Positions 1-14,191 of a stretch of DNA of 64,000 nucleotides are shown here, piece after piece. The notes beneath the pieces are model-generated. The model worked only from the letters and a program-made list of their open reading frames with translations. It had not been told where the DNA came from and searched no databases. The stretch is from Octopus vulgaris (lineage: Eukaryota): assembly GCA_951406725.2 (NCBI GenBank), contig OX597823.1, positions 104,160,001 to 104,224,000 of the forward strand. The letters are read 5' to 3'. How positions within the stretch are numbered: position 1 is the stretch's first letter; every line of letters begins with the position of its first letter. Made by a program: the position numbers and the translations under genes.

Positions 1-622
1 CTGCCCAAAAAGACACTCGGGTTTCAGTTGCACAAGATCTCCTTGATTTTGTCGAGAGCGATGAAAAGTTTTTGAAAACGGTCATAACGGATGACGAATC
101 GTAGGTCTATGGCTATGACCCCGAAACAAAGCCTGTCTTTGCAGTGGAAGACTTCAACCTCTCTGAGACGGAAGAAAGCACTTATGAATCGAAGCAATGT
201 GAAGACACTGTTGAATGTTTTCTTCGACTACAAGGGAATTGTTCATCATGAGTATGCTTCACCTGGTCAGACAGTAAACAAGGCGTACTACTGCGACATT
301 TTGCGGCGTTTAAGGGAAGCCATTTGTCGGAAAAGGCCACAGTTGCATGCATCTGGTGAGTAACAATTGCACCATGACAACGCGCCTGCCCATTCTGCGC
401 AGCTCGTGCAGCAATTTTTGGCTAGGGACAGCATTCCCCTAGTCCGACAGCCACCGCATTCCCCAGATCACGCCCCTTGCGACTTTTTCCGCCTTCCAAA
501 AATCAAATCCCGCTTGAAAGTAAGAATGCAACGAGACAGCTGCTGAAACGAGTTCCAGGAATGCTTCCCTCAGTCGAAACAGCTCTGGATTAAGTGTGCG
601 ACTTCCGAAAGGGACTATTTTG
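1..622 (+). pseudogene. Mariner transposase pseudogene, 5'-truncated by the window edge
   Basis: Translates as ..KTVITDDES*VYGYDPETK..VFFDYKGIVHHEY..GQTVNKAYYCDILRRLREAICRKRP..*QLHHDNAPAH..PPHSPDHAPCDFF..GDYF: mariner catalytic motifs with stops and frameshifts. Confidence 0.93.
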
Positions 623-698
623 GACATCCATCCATCCATCTTTATGTATGTACATACATACATTCATTCATACATACATACATACATACATACATACA

Positions 699-732
<34 letters not shown>

Positions 733-741
733 CATACATAC

Positions 742-974
742 ATATTTCTTTACTGCCCACAAGGGGCTACACACAGAGGGGACAAACAAGGACAGACAAA
801 CGGATTAAGTCGATTATATCGACCCCAGTGCGCAAGTGGTACTTAATTTATCGACCCCGAAAGGATGAAAGGCAAAATTGACCTCGGTGGAATTTGAACT
901 CAGAACGTAACGGCAGACGAAATACGGCTACGCATTTCGCCCGGCGTGCTAACCATGCTGCCAGCTAGCATGCA

Positions 975-1008
<34 letters not shown>

Positions 1009-1250
1009 CATACATACATATTTCTTTACTGCCCACAAGGGGCTACACACAGAGGGGACAAACAAGGACAGACAAACGGATTAAGTCGATTATATCGACC
1101 CCAGTGCGCAAGTGGTACTTAATTTATCGACCCCGAAAGGATGAAAGGCAAAATTGACCTCGGTGGAATTTGAACTCAGAACGTAACGGCAGACGAAATA
1201 CGGCTACGCATTTCGCCCGGCGTGCTAACCATGCTGCCAGCTAGCATGCA
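742..1250 (-). mobile_element. Two identical tandem copies of tRNA-derived SINE family A separated by (CATA)n
   Basis: 742-~970 and 1018-~1246 read identically; both are the reverse complement of the copy at 47551-47782. Confidence 0.9.
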
Positions 1251-1860
1251 TACATACATACATACATACATACATACATACATACATACATACATACATA
1301 CATACATACATACATACATACATGCAATGAGTGAGGCTATGAGCGAAAAAGAATGGGTGAACTGGAGTAATTGAGTGAGAGAAGATGAGAGATAGAAAAA
1401 GGGAGATAATGCATGAGTGAATGAGAAAGAGACAGTGATAGAGAAAGATATGCTGAGCTAATAGAGAAAGTGAAAGAGCTGATCAAAGAGCTGCAGTGGG
1501 AAAAAGAGGGGGAGAGAGGGAGGAGGAAGAGGGAGTGGGAATAAGTAATAGAGAGAGCTGTTGACCTAGAATAAGAGAATATGTGCATAAAAAAGAAACA
1601 GGTGAACAGAGCGGAAGGGAATGCATGACGTCACACATCAATCTCCATTTTAGCGTAGTAATTTCAAAAAATAAGGGTACCAAAGATTTTGTTTTGTGTT
1701 TTTAAAATGTAATTTACAAAAATTATTGGGTTTCTTCATTGTGATAATTATCTCTCGCATTGGCACCTGGGTGCAATATAGGAGGAAGTTTGGGGCAACT
1801 AACGTAGATATATATGTAAGAAAAGTATTTATGAAATCGTGAATAGTAAAGCAGCTTTTA

Positions 1861-1863
1861 TTA

Positions 1864-1926
<63 letters not shown>

Positions 1927-2125
1927 ACTACTAACAAGAATGAGGAGGAGGAGGAGGAGAAGAAGAAGAAGAAGAAGAAGAAGAAGAAGAAGAAGAAGAA
2001 GAAGAAGAAGAAGAAGAAGAAGAAGAAGAAGAAGAAGAAGAAGAAGAAGAAGAAGAAGAAGAAGAAGAAGAAGAAGAAGAAGAAGAAGAAGAAGAAGAAG
2101 AAGAAGAAGAAGAAGAAGAAGAAGA
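1861..2125 (+). repeat. Compound microsatellite (CTA)n-(GAG)n-(GAA)n
   Basis: Directly visible; explains the poly-R/F/L ORFs. Confidence 0.98.
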
Positions 2126-5100
2126 GCGCCGAATAAGACAAGTTTTTGTAGCATCACTTTATTTTCTGAGTCCAATCTCGTCAGGGCTAACTTTGCTTTC
2201 CGTCCGTTCGGAATCGATAATATCGACTATCTCTTTCTTTCAAAATTGCTGAAATATGTCCAAACGGTTTTATAACAAGGAATGTTCCCGTTCTCCTTGG
2301 TCATTATGGTTAGTGTTCAGTTTACCTTTGAAGTTCAGTACTTTCTTTGAAGACAAACGCTTCAAGAGAACGTTACAGTAAAACGGATATATGGATAGGA
2401 AAAATTCAATATGTCATTTAAGAGAGTTACAGCTATACTGCGAGGGATAAGGCGGTGAACTGACAGAATCGTCACTGCATTACATACACTGATTACCGAC
2501 ATCTTTTTACAGTCTCAGTTCAAATACCGATGAGATCGACTTTACCTTTTTATCCTTTCGAAGTCGATAAAATAAGTACAGTTGAACACAGGGGTCGATG
2601 CAAAAGACTCCCTCTGTCTCTTAAAATGTTTGGTCTAGTGGCAAATTTAGAAAGAATTATATTGCGGAACGGCTTTAATAGACTCGTTCACTAAAAAAAA
2701 CACAGGATACGTGGCATAAAGCCATATTTACTATGATACAGCATCGTAGTTTTATAGATTTTTAAACAAAATATAACATGTTAAAGGAAATATTAAAAGT
2801 AGTAGAAAATATAGTGTATTATGTAAGAACTCGTAGATTTTTATACGAGAAATAGCTAAATACAAAATGACGTAAATTTTATTCCCTGAGATAGCGAGAC
2901 ATATCGGAGTTAAGAATATGGTGAACGAAATCAGATAAAGCCCATAAACCAAGAAGTGATAGAATTGTAATTATAAGGTTTTAATTAGTATTCATAGAAA
3001 AGTTGTAATTACAATCGCCGTATGAAATTTTATTCTGCTTAAAATATGGCTGCTTTAATCGAAATCTGATGTTTATATTTTTATTCGTTGCTTTTATTAT
3101 TCATTAAAAATATTTTTATTTGAATCATCAATCTTCACTTCTAAATATCAAGAAGAGCAACATCAAGTAAATGTCAAGACAACGGCGATAACAACTACAA
3201 GAAGAAAGATAAAAAGCTTTTAAAAAAAAGAGACTTGGTTTTTATTATTTAATGTTTAGAGCAAGATTTTCGTTTTTTTTTTTTTTTTTTTAAGTTTGAT
3301 GTTTCGATTTCATGATTGTTAGTTTTCTTTTTCTTTTTCCTTTTGTTCAAGTTACGAAACTGTAACAAAATAAAATTATAATTCTTTTTGACCTCAACGA
3401 TGAATACATTTCGCAGTGATTTTACCGGTCAGTAACTACTTTAGAAGATAATGCTTTCTGGTAATAAAGTGTACAAGACAATGACTTGATGAGGCAACGA
3501 ATTCACTACTAAACTGATGATAATTATATCAGATGAGAGCGCTAACATTTGATAATTTCATCGACCTATACAACTCTATCATATGATATTTGCACTACAT
3601 CTCAACTAGACCAGACTTTATTTCAATCAATTACTCCGTGAAAAACTAAAATCTTCAAACAATAAACTTATCAGACAATCATTGAATCAAAGAAGAACCG
3701 GACCAGAGAATATCGCAAAACAATAAGTCTATCAGAGTATAATTGTATCAAATGATATTTGCACTGAACGATTAGTTTCAACGGATGGATCTTTAGAAGA
3801 AGCTGACAATAAGGAGTTTATTCATTTCTAATGAATACATTGCTTCGTGTGTATGTGTGTTTATTAGTGTTTGTATTTTGTGTGTCAATTTGTTTCAGCT
3901 TTCTTTTATTCTTTCTTTCTCTCTTCCTCCCTCTGTCTGCAACTCTTTTAAGTAATACCGATCAGCACGAAATTATTGATTTATTATTTTGACCACATAA
4001 AGGACATTTGTTTTGAATATATCTATGTCCTTTCATGTATACTACGCTAGCTACACTATCAGTGAGTGCATCAATACACCAACACCACTGCAAAACTACC
4101 AATACTACAGACTTAACTCAATCAATACCGCATAACACTGCCGCCATTATCGCCAGCACACCATCATTCCTCAACCAATGTCACAGAATACCATCAGTTC
4201 TGTCACTAAACCACCATTAGCACCTGCGCAACCACGACGCTCGAAATCCTTTCAGCATATCACTAAAGCCTCCTGTACGTCAACAATGACATTACTATAT
4301 CACAAATAACACCGCCATACCACCACAAATACTACGACCAATACTAATACTAACTACTAACAGTACAATCACCATTTCACTTGCACCATATCGCCTTGCA
4401 CATGATAACACCACTAGTAGCATCACTACAAGGCTAAAGCCATCACTATCGCAAGTACCATTACCACCAGTACTACCAAGGGGAGCAACATCACTTCCCT
4501 CGTGACCACAGTTACAGGAAAAAATTCATTTGTTCACAGTTCCAATTCTATAACCAACACCAGTGTCAGCTTTACAGCTGGTGCCAACACCATCATTACG
4601 GCAAGCTCTTCCACTCACAGCACTATTATATGTATACTAGTGTAAACAACAGAGAAAGTACATTTCTAACAATACCACCTTAAGTACCGTGAATATTCTT
4701 CAGGGCCTCCATTGATCAATGTTGTCAATGTATCTGCACATATTTGCACAGGATTATGTAGAATGTTTGAGAAAGACGAGCAGCTGCCCATGTACTACTG
4801 AGCTTTAATCATTTGGACGGCTGCCAACTTGGTCGATACAACTTGACAACACAGCCGTTTAAGGCGTTTCTGTCTTTCTGTCCGGTTGCACGGAGCCGAA
4901 ACAAATATCGTAGGTCATATTGCTCGACGCTGTAGCAGTTTCGCCCATTCCACTGCCTTGGGTGGGTATTTTTTTATCGACCTCGAAAAGAGATAGAGCA
5001 AAGATGACTACGTCGAGATATGAACTTGGAGTGTACAAAATCGGAATAAATAACGCGATGCATCTGCATCTTATCCAACACTATATCGACTCCACCAGTT

Positions 5101-6756
5101 CGCCACCTGATAAATATTCTAATAATCTATATCAACATAGGCACCATCCTAGCAGTGTCGCCTTTCTAACTGCCATTATCAATACTGGAACTATAAGGAC
5201 ATGCTACTATCAGCACCATAAACGCTAATACAACCTCTGATAGCACATGCAAATAACATTGAGGCGATAACGACAATTGTCTAAGATGTTCATCTAATCT
5301 ACTAGAAATAGAAGCAGAGCTCACTAAAATCACGCATTACCTTATGCCAAAAGGAAGTGAAATGGGTTAGTCGTCTCGATTTACTTGGAGCTTATGTTTC
5401 GTCCGATGTCGCTATAATATCCAGGACATCTGAATGCCTCGTAACACTATAGATCGACACCGGCAAATTTCGTCTTCAGGACACAGCTCTCGGTAAGGTT
5501 TGCTTTCATGAATGACCGGCAATTTCTCATGAATGCAATCAATGTTGTCCAAAGGAAATGGAAAGTTGATACAACCTCGCATCAGTGCTGTCACCATGGG
5601 AACATAAAAGATCTAGAACAGTTTCCACAATCCATCCCTTCTGGTTCCCTGTCTATTCCACCAATCTATTGCCTTTCCTCAAACTGGTCCTTTATTTAAC
5701 AAAGTTGACACCGAGAAGACTTGAACTCGAGGCCCATCCCATGGAGCAGTAACAAATACCATCAGGCATTCTATCTCACGTTCTAATATCTGTGTCAGTG
5801 CGCCACCTTGCTCACAATCATATACAGATACACACTAACACATATTTCATTTATAGGTCAATCCAGTTAAATGTATTGATGAACAATTACTGAGAAGATG
5901 TGGATGTAAACAAAATCATGGGCGATGTAGCTTCGATTTATGTAAAGAAAAAGGAAGAGAATTGACTTATTGGCTGGAAGTAAGAAGCGAAACAGTGTCA
6001 ATTTGTAGGCTGAAGTCAGTTTATCTGTATAGTTAATGCCTCTTAAATTATATCATTTAATTTGCCTCCTTCTGTTATTCCGTGTTCACGTGCTTAAGTC
6101 TGAAATCAATATACACCAGTATTGCATGACTAACGATATAGATTTATGTATACGTTTGTTATTTTAGAATCAATATTGAAACATTCTGTCACCTACGTGT
6201 TTTTAGAACTGTGATAATTTCCTAACGAGAGTGTTAGAAGAGAAATTGATTGGAAAGGCTGTCAATTGTAAAAGACTGTCAATTGTTAAAAGGTGGAAAT
6301 GAAGTGGTTTGGTTATGTAACACGACACTATGACGCCCTGCTTTTAGTGAAACAAAGAGCTTCTATGTGGTCGCTCGGTCTGCTAGAAACATCAGCTAAA
6401 TATCACTCAAATCACGTCTTACAATTTTAAATAAGGAAATATAACGTTGGATAATGGGGTACATCTTCTTTCGTTTGTCGGTGATTCATTTATCATTGAT
6501 CCAGGATAACATGGTACGTTTATTATGAACTGCGTTACGTTTATCACGAATTAATCTGATAACACGGGCTAGCGATCAGTCAAACACTATGCTTGGACTG
6601 CAAAAGCGTACTCTGCACTCATCCACAACACTCAGAACAACTTGCGATCTCGTAAAGAAACTTATATTCAATTATTCATTTATCACTGATTCCTTTAATA
6701 CGATGTTATGTTTTTTTAATCAAACGCCCGTGATAAACGGGGAGATATGCAGCATA

Positions 6757-7113
6757 TTCTTTTATTTGTTCCAGTCATTTGACTGCGGTCATGCTGGAGC
6801 GCCGCCTTTAGTCGAGCTAATCGACCCCAGGACTTATTCTTTGTAAGCGTAGTACTTATCCTATCGGTCTCTTTTGCCGAACCGCTATGTTACGGGGACG
6901 TAAACACACCAGCATCGGTTGTCAAGCGATGTTGAGGGAGAAACACAGACACACAAACATATACATATACATATATACGACGGTCTTCTTTCAGTTTCCG
7001 TCTACCAAATTCTGCTATAGCCCGAGACAGTTGCCCAAGTTGCTCAGTAGTGGGACAGAACCCGGAACCATGTGGTTGGTAAGCAAGCTACCTACCACAC
7101 AGCCACTCCTGCG
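6757..7113 (-). mobile_element. SINE family B copy
   Basis: Reverse complement of 52841-53240 (gtcatttgactgcggtcatgctggagc...cccggaaccatgtggttggtaagcaagct). Confidence 0.88.
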
Positions 7114-8091
7114 CATGTCTTTAAAAGACAGCACAATCTCGGTCAGAATGCCATTGAGCTTGGGTCTGCCCAATTAAAATTGAATTAAGGGTTAAAAATA
7201 ACGACGACAATAATCTCCAGCGAATTTCGTGTCGCATGGAGAAAGCCAAGTGAAAAGATCGAAAGAAAAGGCAGTAAAGGATTTTAGCTGTTGAGAGAAA
7301 AAGGTTGAGGAAATGAGATTGCGTCTTTTGCTTTGCAACTGTCGGCTTCGTAATCTACAGATTTCCATTGCTTTCTTCCTTTTCCTAACCCACCCCCACA
7401 CATTAAATAAAAATTTGGTTGCTATTTAGCCCCCCCCCCCCCCCCGACAGCTCTGATTGAACGAACTTATGAGTAAAACCCTTTCCATTCCGCTGTTTTG
7501 TTTTGTTTGTCATGTTTATCAAACGTAATATATCTGCAGTTACCTTACCCGGTATTCTACATGTTTTGAAGGTGGTAGGGCTTAATTTCAAGAATAATTG
7601 CTTACTATTTCTAAAAAGCCGCACAACGACATTTTGCCAACGTGTCTTCAGCTCCATAAACAGTCACATTCTCCAAAAGGAGAAAAACTGGCGTGGCAGG
7701 CATAAATCTAAAGGTGAATTTTGAAAGGAAGACGTGCAAGAAGTGTAAAAGTTGTGGTATTTAAACATTTCCCAAACAGTTTAGCGAAGAAAAAACTGAA
7801 ATGTGCAGAGCCAGGTTGTGTTTACGTTTGCCTTTTTGCCTTTTGTTGGTAAAAATAAAGTGAAAGAGCCTAGAGTAGGGAAATGACAAAGGGCCATTCG
7901 AGTTAATGGAGCTTTAGCTCACCCAAGAGCACCAGGAAACGAAGGAGTCACAGCAGGATATCAAAACTTACGTTGTTATTTACGTTTTAGGGGCATTTAG
8001 CTTTCATTTCTAAAATGAACAAACGCATAGACGAACATAAGCATACATAAACACACATGCACACATATACTCAAAGATACACATATATGCT

Positions 8092-8410
8092 GAGACCCGC
8101 TTCGGTTACGACACAGACCATGGGATTGCACCTAGAAAGTTATCCTCCAAGGCACAAGTCCGGCCAAGGTTGTTTATGGAAGACCAGCAGTCGCCCATGC
8201 ATACCGGCCTCCCCTCTACATTCCACCAGTGTTAAAGGCTGATACAACTTGGCACCTGTGACGTCGCAACTCATTTCTACAGCTGAGTGAACTGGAGCAA
8301 CGTGAAATAAAGTGCCTTGCTCAAGAACACAACACGCAGCCCGGTCCGGGATTCGAACTCACAACTTCACGATCGTAAGCTCGACGCTCTAACCACTGAG
8401 CCATGCACCT
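8092..8410 (-). mobile_element. tRNA-derived CORE-type SINE
   Basis: Minus strand GGTGCATGGCTCAGTGGTTAGAGCG (A box)...GAGTTCGAATCCC (B box), then tgtgttcttgagcaaggcactttatttcac...ctcagctgtagaaatgagt, resembling the CORE domain. Confidence 0.85.
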
Positions 8411-8444
8411 TCACACGCATGTATATATGTATATATATATATAT

Positions 8445-8738
8445 TGATCTCAAATTTTGGCACAGGGCCAGTAATTTCAGAGGGAGGGTAAGTCGACTGC
8501 ATCAACCCCAGGGATCAACTACTATTTATTTATCGAAACTATGAAGGATGAAAGGCTAAGTCGATCACGGCGGAATTTGAACTCAGAATGTAATGACGCT
8601 AAGCATTTTTTGCCCGGCGTCTTAATGATGAAAAACAAAGTCGACTGGGCGGAATTTGAACTCAGAACATAAAGACGGGTGAAATGCCGCTAAGCATTTT
8701 ACGCGTCCCGCTAACGATTCTGCCAGCTCGCCGCCTTA
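8445..8738 (-). mobile_element. SINE family A copy with internal partial duplication
   Basis: The aagtcga..ggcggaatttgaactcagaa..gctaagcatttt block occurs twice; ends gccagctcgccgcctt. Confidence 0.8.
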
Positions 8739-8949
8739 TATATATGTAGACATATTGATTTATGTAAGTTATAACGGAGATTCTTCATTTAAGCCGCATT
8801 TTCTTTCGATCGTGTACATAATCTGTATTTATCTCCCATAAATTAACATAAATTAACATATATCAGACTTCAAATACTTCCAGCGTCATATTATTGAACA
8901 CTTTTATGCTCTTGTATGACAAAACATACAGAATACGCAATCATGCACA

Positions 8950-9609
8950 TACATATATGCGTATACGTGTATGTGTATGGATAGTTGTGTGTGTGTATGT
9001 ACGTATGTATGTATGTACGTATGTATGTATGTGTGTATGTATGTATGTATGTATGTATGTATGTATGTATGTATTTATGTATATATGAACGTACGTATGT
9101 ATGTATGTATGTACCTATGTATGTATGTATGTATGTATGTATGTATGTATGTATGTACGTATGCATGTATGTACATATGTATGTATGTACGTATGTATGT
9201 ATGTATGTATGTATGTGTGTGTATGCATGTACATATGTATGTATGTATGTGTGTGTATGCATATATGTATGTACGTATGTATGTACGTATGTGTGTAGGT
9301 AGGTATGTATAAATGCTGATAACAAGGAATATAATTCGTGCAAATGATGGTTTTAAAAAATCCGGAAGGAGTAGAGAAAAATATTCTCTCGCTGTGTATA
9401 GATATATACATACATTTATGTGTGTGGGGAGGGGGATAGGTAGGTAGGTGGGGTCAAAATTCCGGTTGCTTCCTCTTGAAGCACATCGGTTTATTCCATT
9501 ATTACAATCCTGTATGTAGTTGCTGGCGTTGTTTTATAGATGCAAAGTTCTGGAAATATTGTTCGTAGTTTGATATATATATATATGTGTATATATATGT
9601 ATATATATG

Positions 9610-9654
<45 letters not shown>

Positions 9655-9737
9655 GTGTGTGTATATATATTATATATATAACATATATATATATATATGT
9701 ATATATATATATGTATGTATGTATATATATGTATGTG

Positions 9738-9774
<37 letters not shown>

Positions 9775-9900
9775 CATATTATATATGTGTGTGTATACAC
9801 ACATATACACACATACACACATATATGTGAGCGTGCGAATACAAGCACACACACGCACACACACACACACACACACAAGGACACACACACACACAATATA
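8950..9900. repeat. (TATG)n, (TA)n and (CA)n microsatellite field
   Basis: Directly visible. Confidence 0.95.
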
Positions 9901-11960
9901 TATATATTGATTTGCTCAGCTTACCTATTCTACTTATTCAGTAATTCTCACATGTTAAGATTCCAGAGACCACTGGCTATAAACGTGCTTCCTTCTACGA
10001 TGTAAGACTACAGTGAATGGTATGAATGGAGTTAGTTAGACATTAGCGACTGGTCTGAACGTTGTTAGCTTGGTAAGGTAATAATGGTTTCAAAACTTTG
10101 GTACGAGGGAGAGCTTAAGTCGAGTATATCGACTCCAGTGATCAATTAGTATTTATTTTATCGACCCCGATAGAATGAAAGATGAAGTCGACCTCGGCTG
10201 AATTTGAACGTAAAGACAGACGAGCTTGGTAGGCAATGACGATAATTATTAATGATAAAAGTTATATATTGAAGGTTGTGTGGATACTGTTAAACAATGG
10301 TGTTAGGTGACGGCATTAGACAATAATAGTTGGTTGACATACTATTTATTTTGACAACAGTGGTTGTCTAACTAATACCAGACTAATAAGGATCACTTCT
10401 CCCCACAGGTAAAAATGGAGTCGCGTGGGACCAACACCTCTACCTAGAATAAAGTTAAGTATCGGAAACATCGATGTCAGTTCAAGATCAACAATGCCTA
10501 GTAGAGGAAGGCTTTCCCCTAGGAAAACATATAACACGGAGCAGCCAAATAGACAGCTGGAGGCTGGATACTGAGTCAGAAAGGAAAAAGCAGGAATCCA
10601 GCAACAAAGAATCAGAAAAGACAAACCTAGAGTCGAAAGCAGTGGATAAAAGTCATCGATGGCCTAATCCCCACAAGGGGCTTAGATAAATAAGGGAGAT
10701 AATGAGGGTAACTGGTGTTACTTTGAATTAGTTGTTGTTGTTGTTGAGCAACAAGACGGGTAAAGGTGATTAGGTGATGGTCTAGGGCTTAGGGGCGGGA
10801 GACCCCAGACCTTGGGGGAAAAAGCTTTGGTCGTCTTGTTGTAGTCGAGGGCTATTCATTGACGCCCGACACCACTGGGAGGTGGCCCTCGAAGTCGCTG
10901 GAAATGGAGATCTCCAGGTCCAAATTCTTGAACGGCTGAATTAGTTGTTGTGGAACCAGGTCTCTTTGTAATTCATGTAGCGTTGAAGTAATTGTACAGC
11001 AGTGTCTGGTGAATGATGGATGAAAGTAAATGTGATGACACATGTGTTTAAGACTGTGTAATGTCGCACGTTCGGATGACCTTTACTCAACTCCGCTCAA
11101 CTCTTCTCTTCGACGTCTAGACTTCTCCCTCTATATCTACGTATTGGGCTAGCCTACTTCATCGTCTGGGGCATCCACACAACAGACTGTCTCTGTGTTT
11201 CGTGAAGCTGTAGCTAGGCCGTGTATAATTTGATTGAAAAGAGTGAGTACGGGGACGATCCCTCTTCTAATCTATTCGAGAAACAAAAAATTAACTTACC
11301 CTACACACGCTTGACACTCTGACAGGTAGGTAGCCAACGTTTTGTCATTTTAAGAGTTTTATGGATGAGGGGATAACAGGGAATGAAATCGGAAGTTTGG
11401 CTAACATCAACGGTTGTTAGAATGGAACATATGTAAGATATTATATATATATATAGATGCTGCTATCAAGCATTTTTTTCCGTATTTGGTGTGTGAAATT
11501 GGTTATGATTGAACATAGTGATCTGAATCAATGATGTGATTCTAGAGATGGTGTGCATCGCTTACTGAAATCAGGGGTTGGCCTTTCTAGAATTTTTGAA
11601 TGTATACATATGGAGGTGATGGGTCTGTATGATGTTCGTTCACTTGAGGTTTTATTAGAATTGCCATAAAATTACCCAGCTTCTAAAAGTGGGGAAATTT
11701 ACATTTTACAATGTTAGTTGCAGACGATGGTGACCGCAGGGATTCATTCAGGCCAAAAGTGTTTTGATTAATATGTTTGTGATTTTATCTGACCCTGAAA
11801 CAAAATTTCCCTATTTTTTCGTCGTGTGCGTATCTAATGGAAAAGGGTGGCGTCGATATTGTAATTTAGGTGTGGGGTGCTTTTTTATGTGTGTGTGTGT
11901 GAATGAGTGTGTGTATGTGTGTGTGCTGTTATTGTTGTTGTTGTGGGAGAAGTCTGAATA

Positions 11961-12273
11961 GTGGTCCTTTGCTATTCGTGAGACCCGTAGAAGAGAAAGC
12001 AGGTCAACCCCCGACACCGAGAGCATTGACGGATGGATGAATGCGCATCCAGGCTCAGCGGTTGCGTAGGAAGTCGGGGACAAGAAACAGGAAGAAAGAG
12101 TGAGAGAAAGTTGGGGCGAAAGAGTACAACAAGGGTCGCCACCACCCCCTGCCGGAGCCTCGTGGTGCTTTAGGTGTTTTCACTCAATAAGCACACACAG
12201 CGCCCGGTCTGGGAATCGAAACCACGATCCTCCGACCGCGAGTCCGCTGCCCTAACCACTGGGCCATAGCGCC
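11961..12273 (-). mobile_element. tRNA-derived SINE (family D)
   Basis: Minus strand starts GGCGCTATGGCCCAGTGGTTAGGGCAGCGGACTCGCGGTCGGAGGATCGTGGTTTCGATTCCCAGACC (A/B boxes), followed by a ~240-bp non-tRNA body. Confidence 0.85.
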
Positions 12274-12380
12274 TTTACTGTTCTTGTTGGTGGTGGGGGG
12301 GATAATAGTGGTGATGATGGTGATGAAGTGTCTGATAAGAGCGTTTCTTGGTGTTGCAGGGTATGCACATTGAGGTTTTA

Positions 12381-12650
12381 TGGCGGCGGATGCGGTAGCG
12401 GCGGCGGCGGCGGTAGCGGCGGCGGCGGCGGCGGCGGTAGCGGCGGCGGCGGCGGCGGCGGTAGCGGCGGCGGTAGCGGCGGCGGCGGCGGTAGCGGCGG
12501 CGGCGGCGGCGGCGGTAGCGGCGGCGGCGGCGGGCGGCGGCGGCGGCGGCGGCGGCAGCGGAGGCGGCGGCAGCGGAGGCGGCGGCAGCGGAGGCGGCGG
12601 CAGCGGAGGCGGCGGCAGCGGCGGAGGCGGCGGCAGCGGCGGCGGCGGTG
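12381..12650 (+). repeat. (GGC)n tract with GGTAGC and CAGCGGAGG interruptions
   Basis: Directly visible. Confidence 0.97.
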
Positions 12651-13274
12651 GTTTTGGTGATAATGACGATGCTGCTAATTAATTCTATGTAGAATTTTAC
12701 AGTTAGTTTTGCACTTGATACTCGGATAGGTTTGCAAGTTTTGTTTAGTTGCTTTTTTTGTGTGTTTTTCTCTATAGCCTTTTTTCTTTTTTACTTTTCT
12801 TTTTGCATTTCTTTATTCTTTTCTTTCCTTGTTTAGATGTTTGATGTCGAAGTTATATTTTCGGTTTGTGTTTGTGTGGTTTCAGCACATTTCAGGTCGT
12901 CTCAGATGTTTGGATTCTCTTTATTTTTTATCACGTTGGCCATTCCTAATGCGCAGAATTGTAGTTGAATATATTTTTTATGTTGCCTGGAGGAATACGT
13001 CTTTTGCAAGTATTAATAATTATTTCGTTCAGTTTATATACTCTGCAGTGTCTATCTTTGTGATTGCTGTGATGGTGGATTCTGTAAAGTTCGTTTCGTG
13101 TTTTCGAGGAAGTCGTTCCGTTTGCGATTTTGTGAGGGTTTTATTTTTTGTTTTCTTTTTTTAAGTTTGTGAATGTGATTTCGCTTTCTTCATTGCTGTG
13201 CAAGAGTGTCCGGATGATAATTAGTAGGTGGTCTAATGGTCTAATAAGAAATGGTTTGCCAAGTGGTTGAAGTA

Positions 13275-13920
13275 CCAGGTCATCCCATAAGTTCTGTCCG
13301 AATTTTGAATAAAGAAAACAAGTGATCAAATGTTATATTTAATTGAAATTTAATCATCAATGTACTTTCCCTGATTATCTTTGACTTCCTTCTATCTATT
13401 TACAAGCTTTTTAATCCCTTCAATGTGAGACTCTTTCGGTTTCAAAGTGAAGAACTCTGAAATGTCAGTTTCGACCTCCTCCTAGCTTGCAAAAGTTATG
13501 TCCCCCAAATGATTCTATAAACTACGAAACAAATGGTAGTCTGAAGGAGCAAGGTCGGGAGAATAAGGTGGATGAAGATTTTTTTCCCAAACAAGCTCTT
13601 CGATCTTCTGTGATGTGATCTTTGCAGTGTGGGGTCGCCTTTTCGATTCACTAAAGCTGGTCTTTTTTTCTTCAAAGCTTGGTTCAAATGCTCTAATTGC
13701 TGACAGTAGACTTGAGCATTGATTGTTGCATTAGGTGGCAACAATTCAAAGTGAATTACTGCTTTGCAATCTAACCAGATAGAGTGAAGAACCTTTTTTC
13801 CATGAAGTTCCCTTCTCGGTTGTGGTTGAGTTTTTTTCCCTTTTGCCAAACCACTGTTTACGACATTTAACATTTCGATAGAAGATCCATTTTTCGTCAC
13901 CAGTCACAAGTCTATCCTAA
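13275..13920 (-). mobile_element. 3' part of a mariner element with its 3' TIR
   Basis: Minus: ELHGKKVLHSIWLDCKAVIHFELLPPNATINAQVYCQQL..KKRPAL..PPYSPDLAPSDYHLF..NQGKYIDD*; TA at 13273-13274 then TIR-like CCAGGTCATCCCATAAGTT. Confidence 0.9.
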
Positions 13921-13961
13921 AAGGGGTTTGAACCCAGAACGTAAAGACAGATGATATACCT

Positions 13962-14191
13962 ATTTCTTTACTACCCACAAGGAGCTAAACACAGAGGGAA
14001 CAAACAAGGACAGACAAATAGATTAAGTCGATCACATCGACCCCAGTGTGCAACTGGTACTTATTTAATCGACCCCGATAGGATGAAAGGCAAAGTCGAC
14101 CTCGGCAGAATTTGAACTGAGAACGTAACGGCAGACGAAATACGGCTACGCATTTCACCCGGCGTGCTAACGTTTCTGCCAGCTCGCCGCC
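13962..14191 (-). mobile_element. SINE family A full-length copy
   Basis: Reverse complement of 47551-47782. Confidence 0.9.

Larger units (their letters stand above)
10730..13265 (-). pseudogene. Heavily decayed non-LTR retrotransposon ORF2 (I/Jockey-group-like), interrupted by a SINE and a (GGC)n tract
   Basis: Minus-strand remnants in expected order: DHLLIII..TFTNLKK (end of endonuclease), KRRIPPGNIK, SGSDKITNILIKTL, YRPITSICIHSKILER, LATYLSECQACV, PDD, then a (CAA)n tail near 10730. Confidence 0.65.

Noticed and set aside
3577-3765. 20-bp direct repeat tatca(t/a)atgatatttgcact
   Set aside because: Only two copies; no array, spacer structure or cas genes, so not CRISPR; function unsupported
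4060-4700. Thr-rich mucin-like appearance
   Set aside because: Decayed (ACC/ACT)n low complexity with frequent stops
8340-12273. tRNA-like sequences at 8340-8410 and 12200-12273
   Set aside because: SINE heads: no proper acceptor stem, continue into repeat bodies
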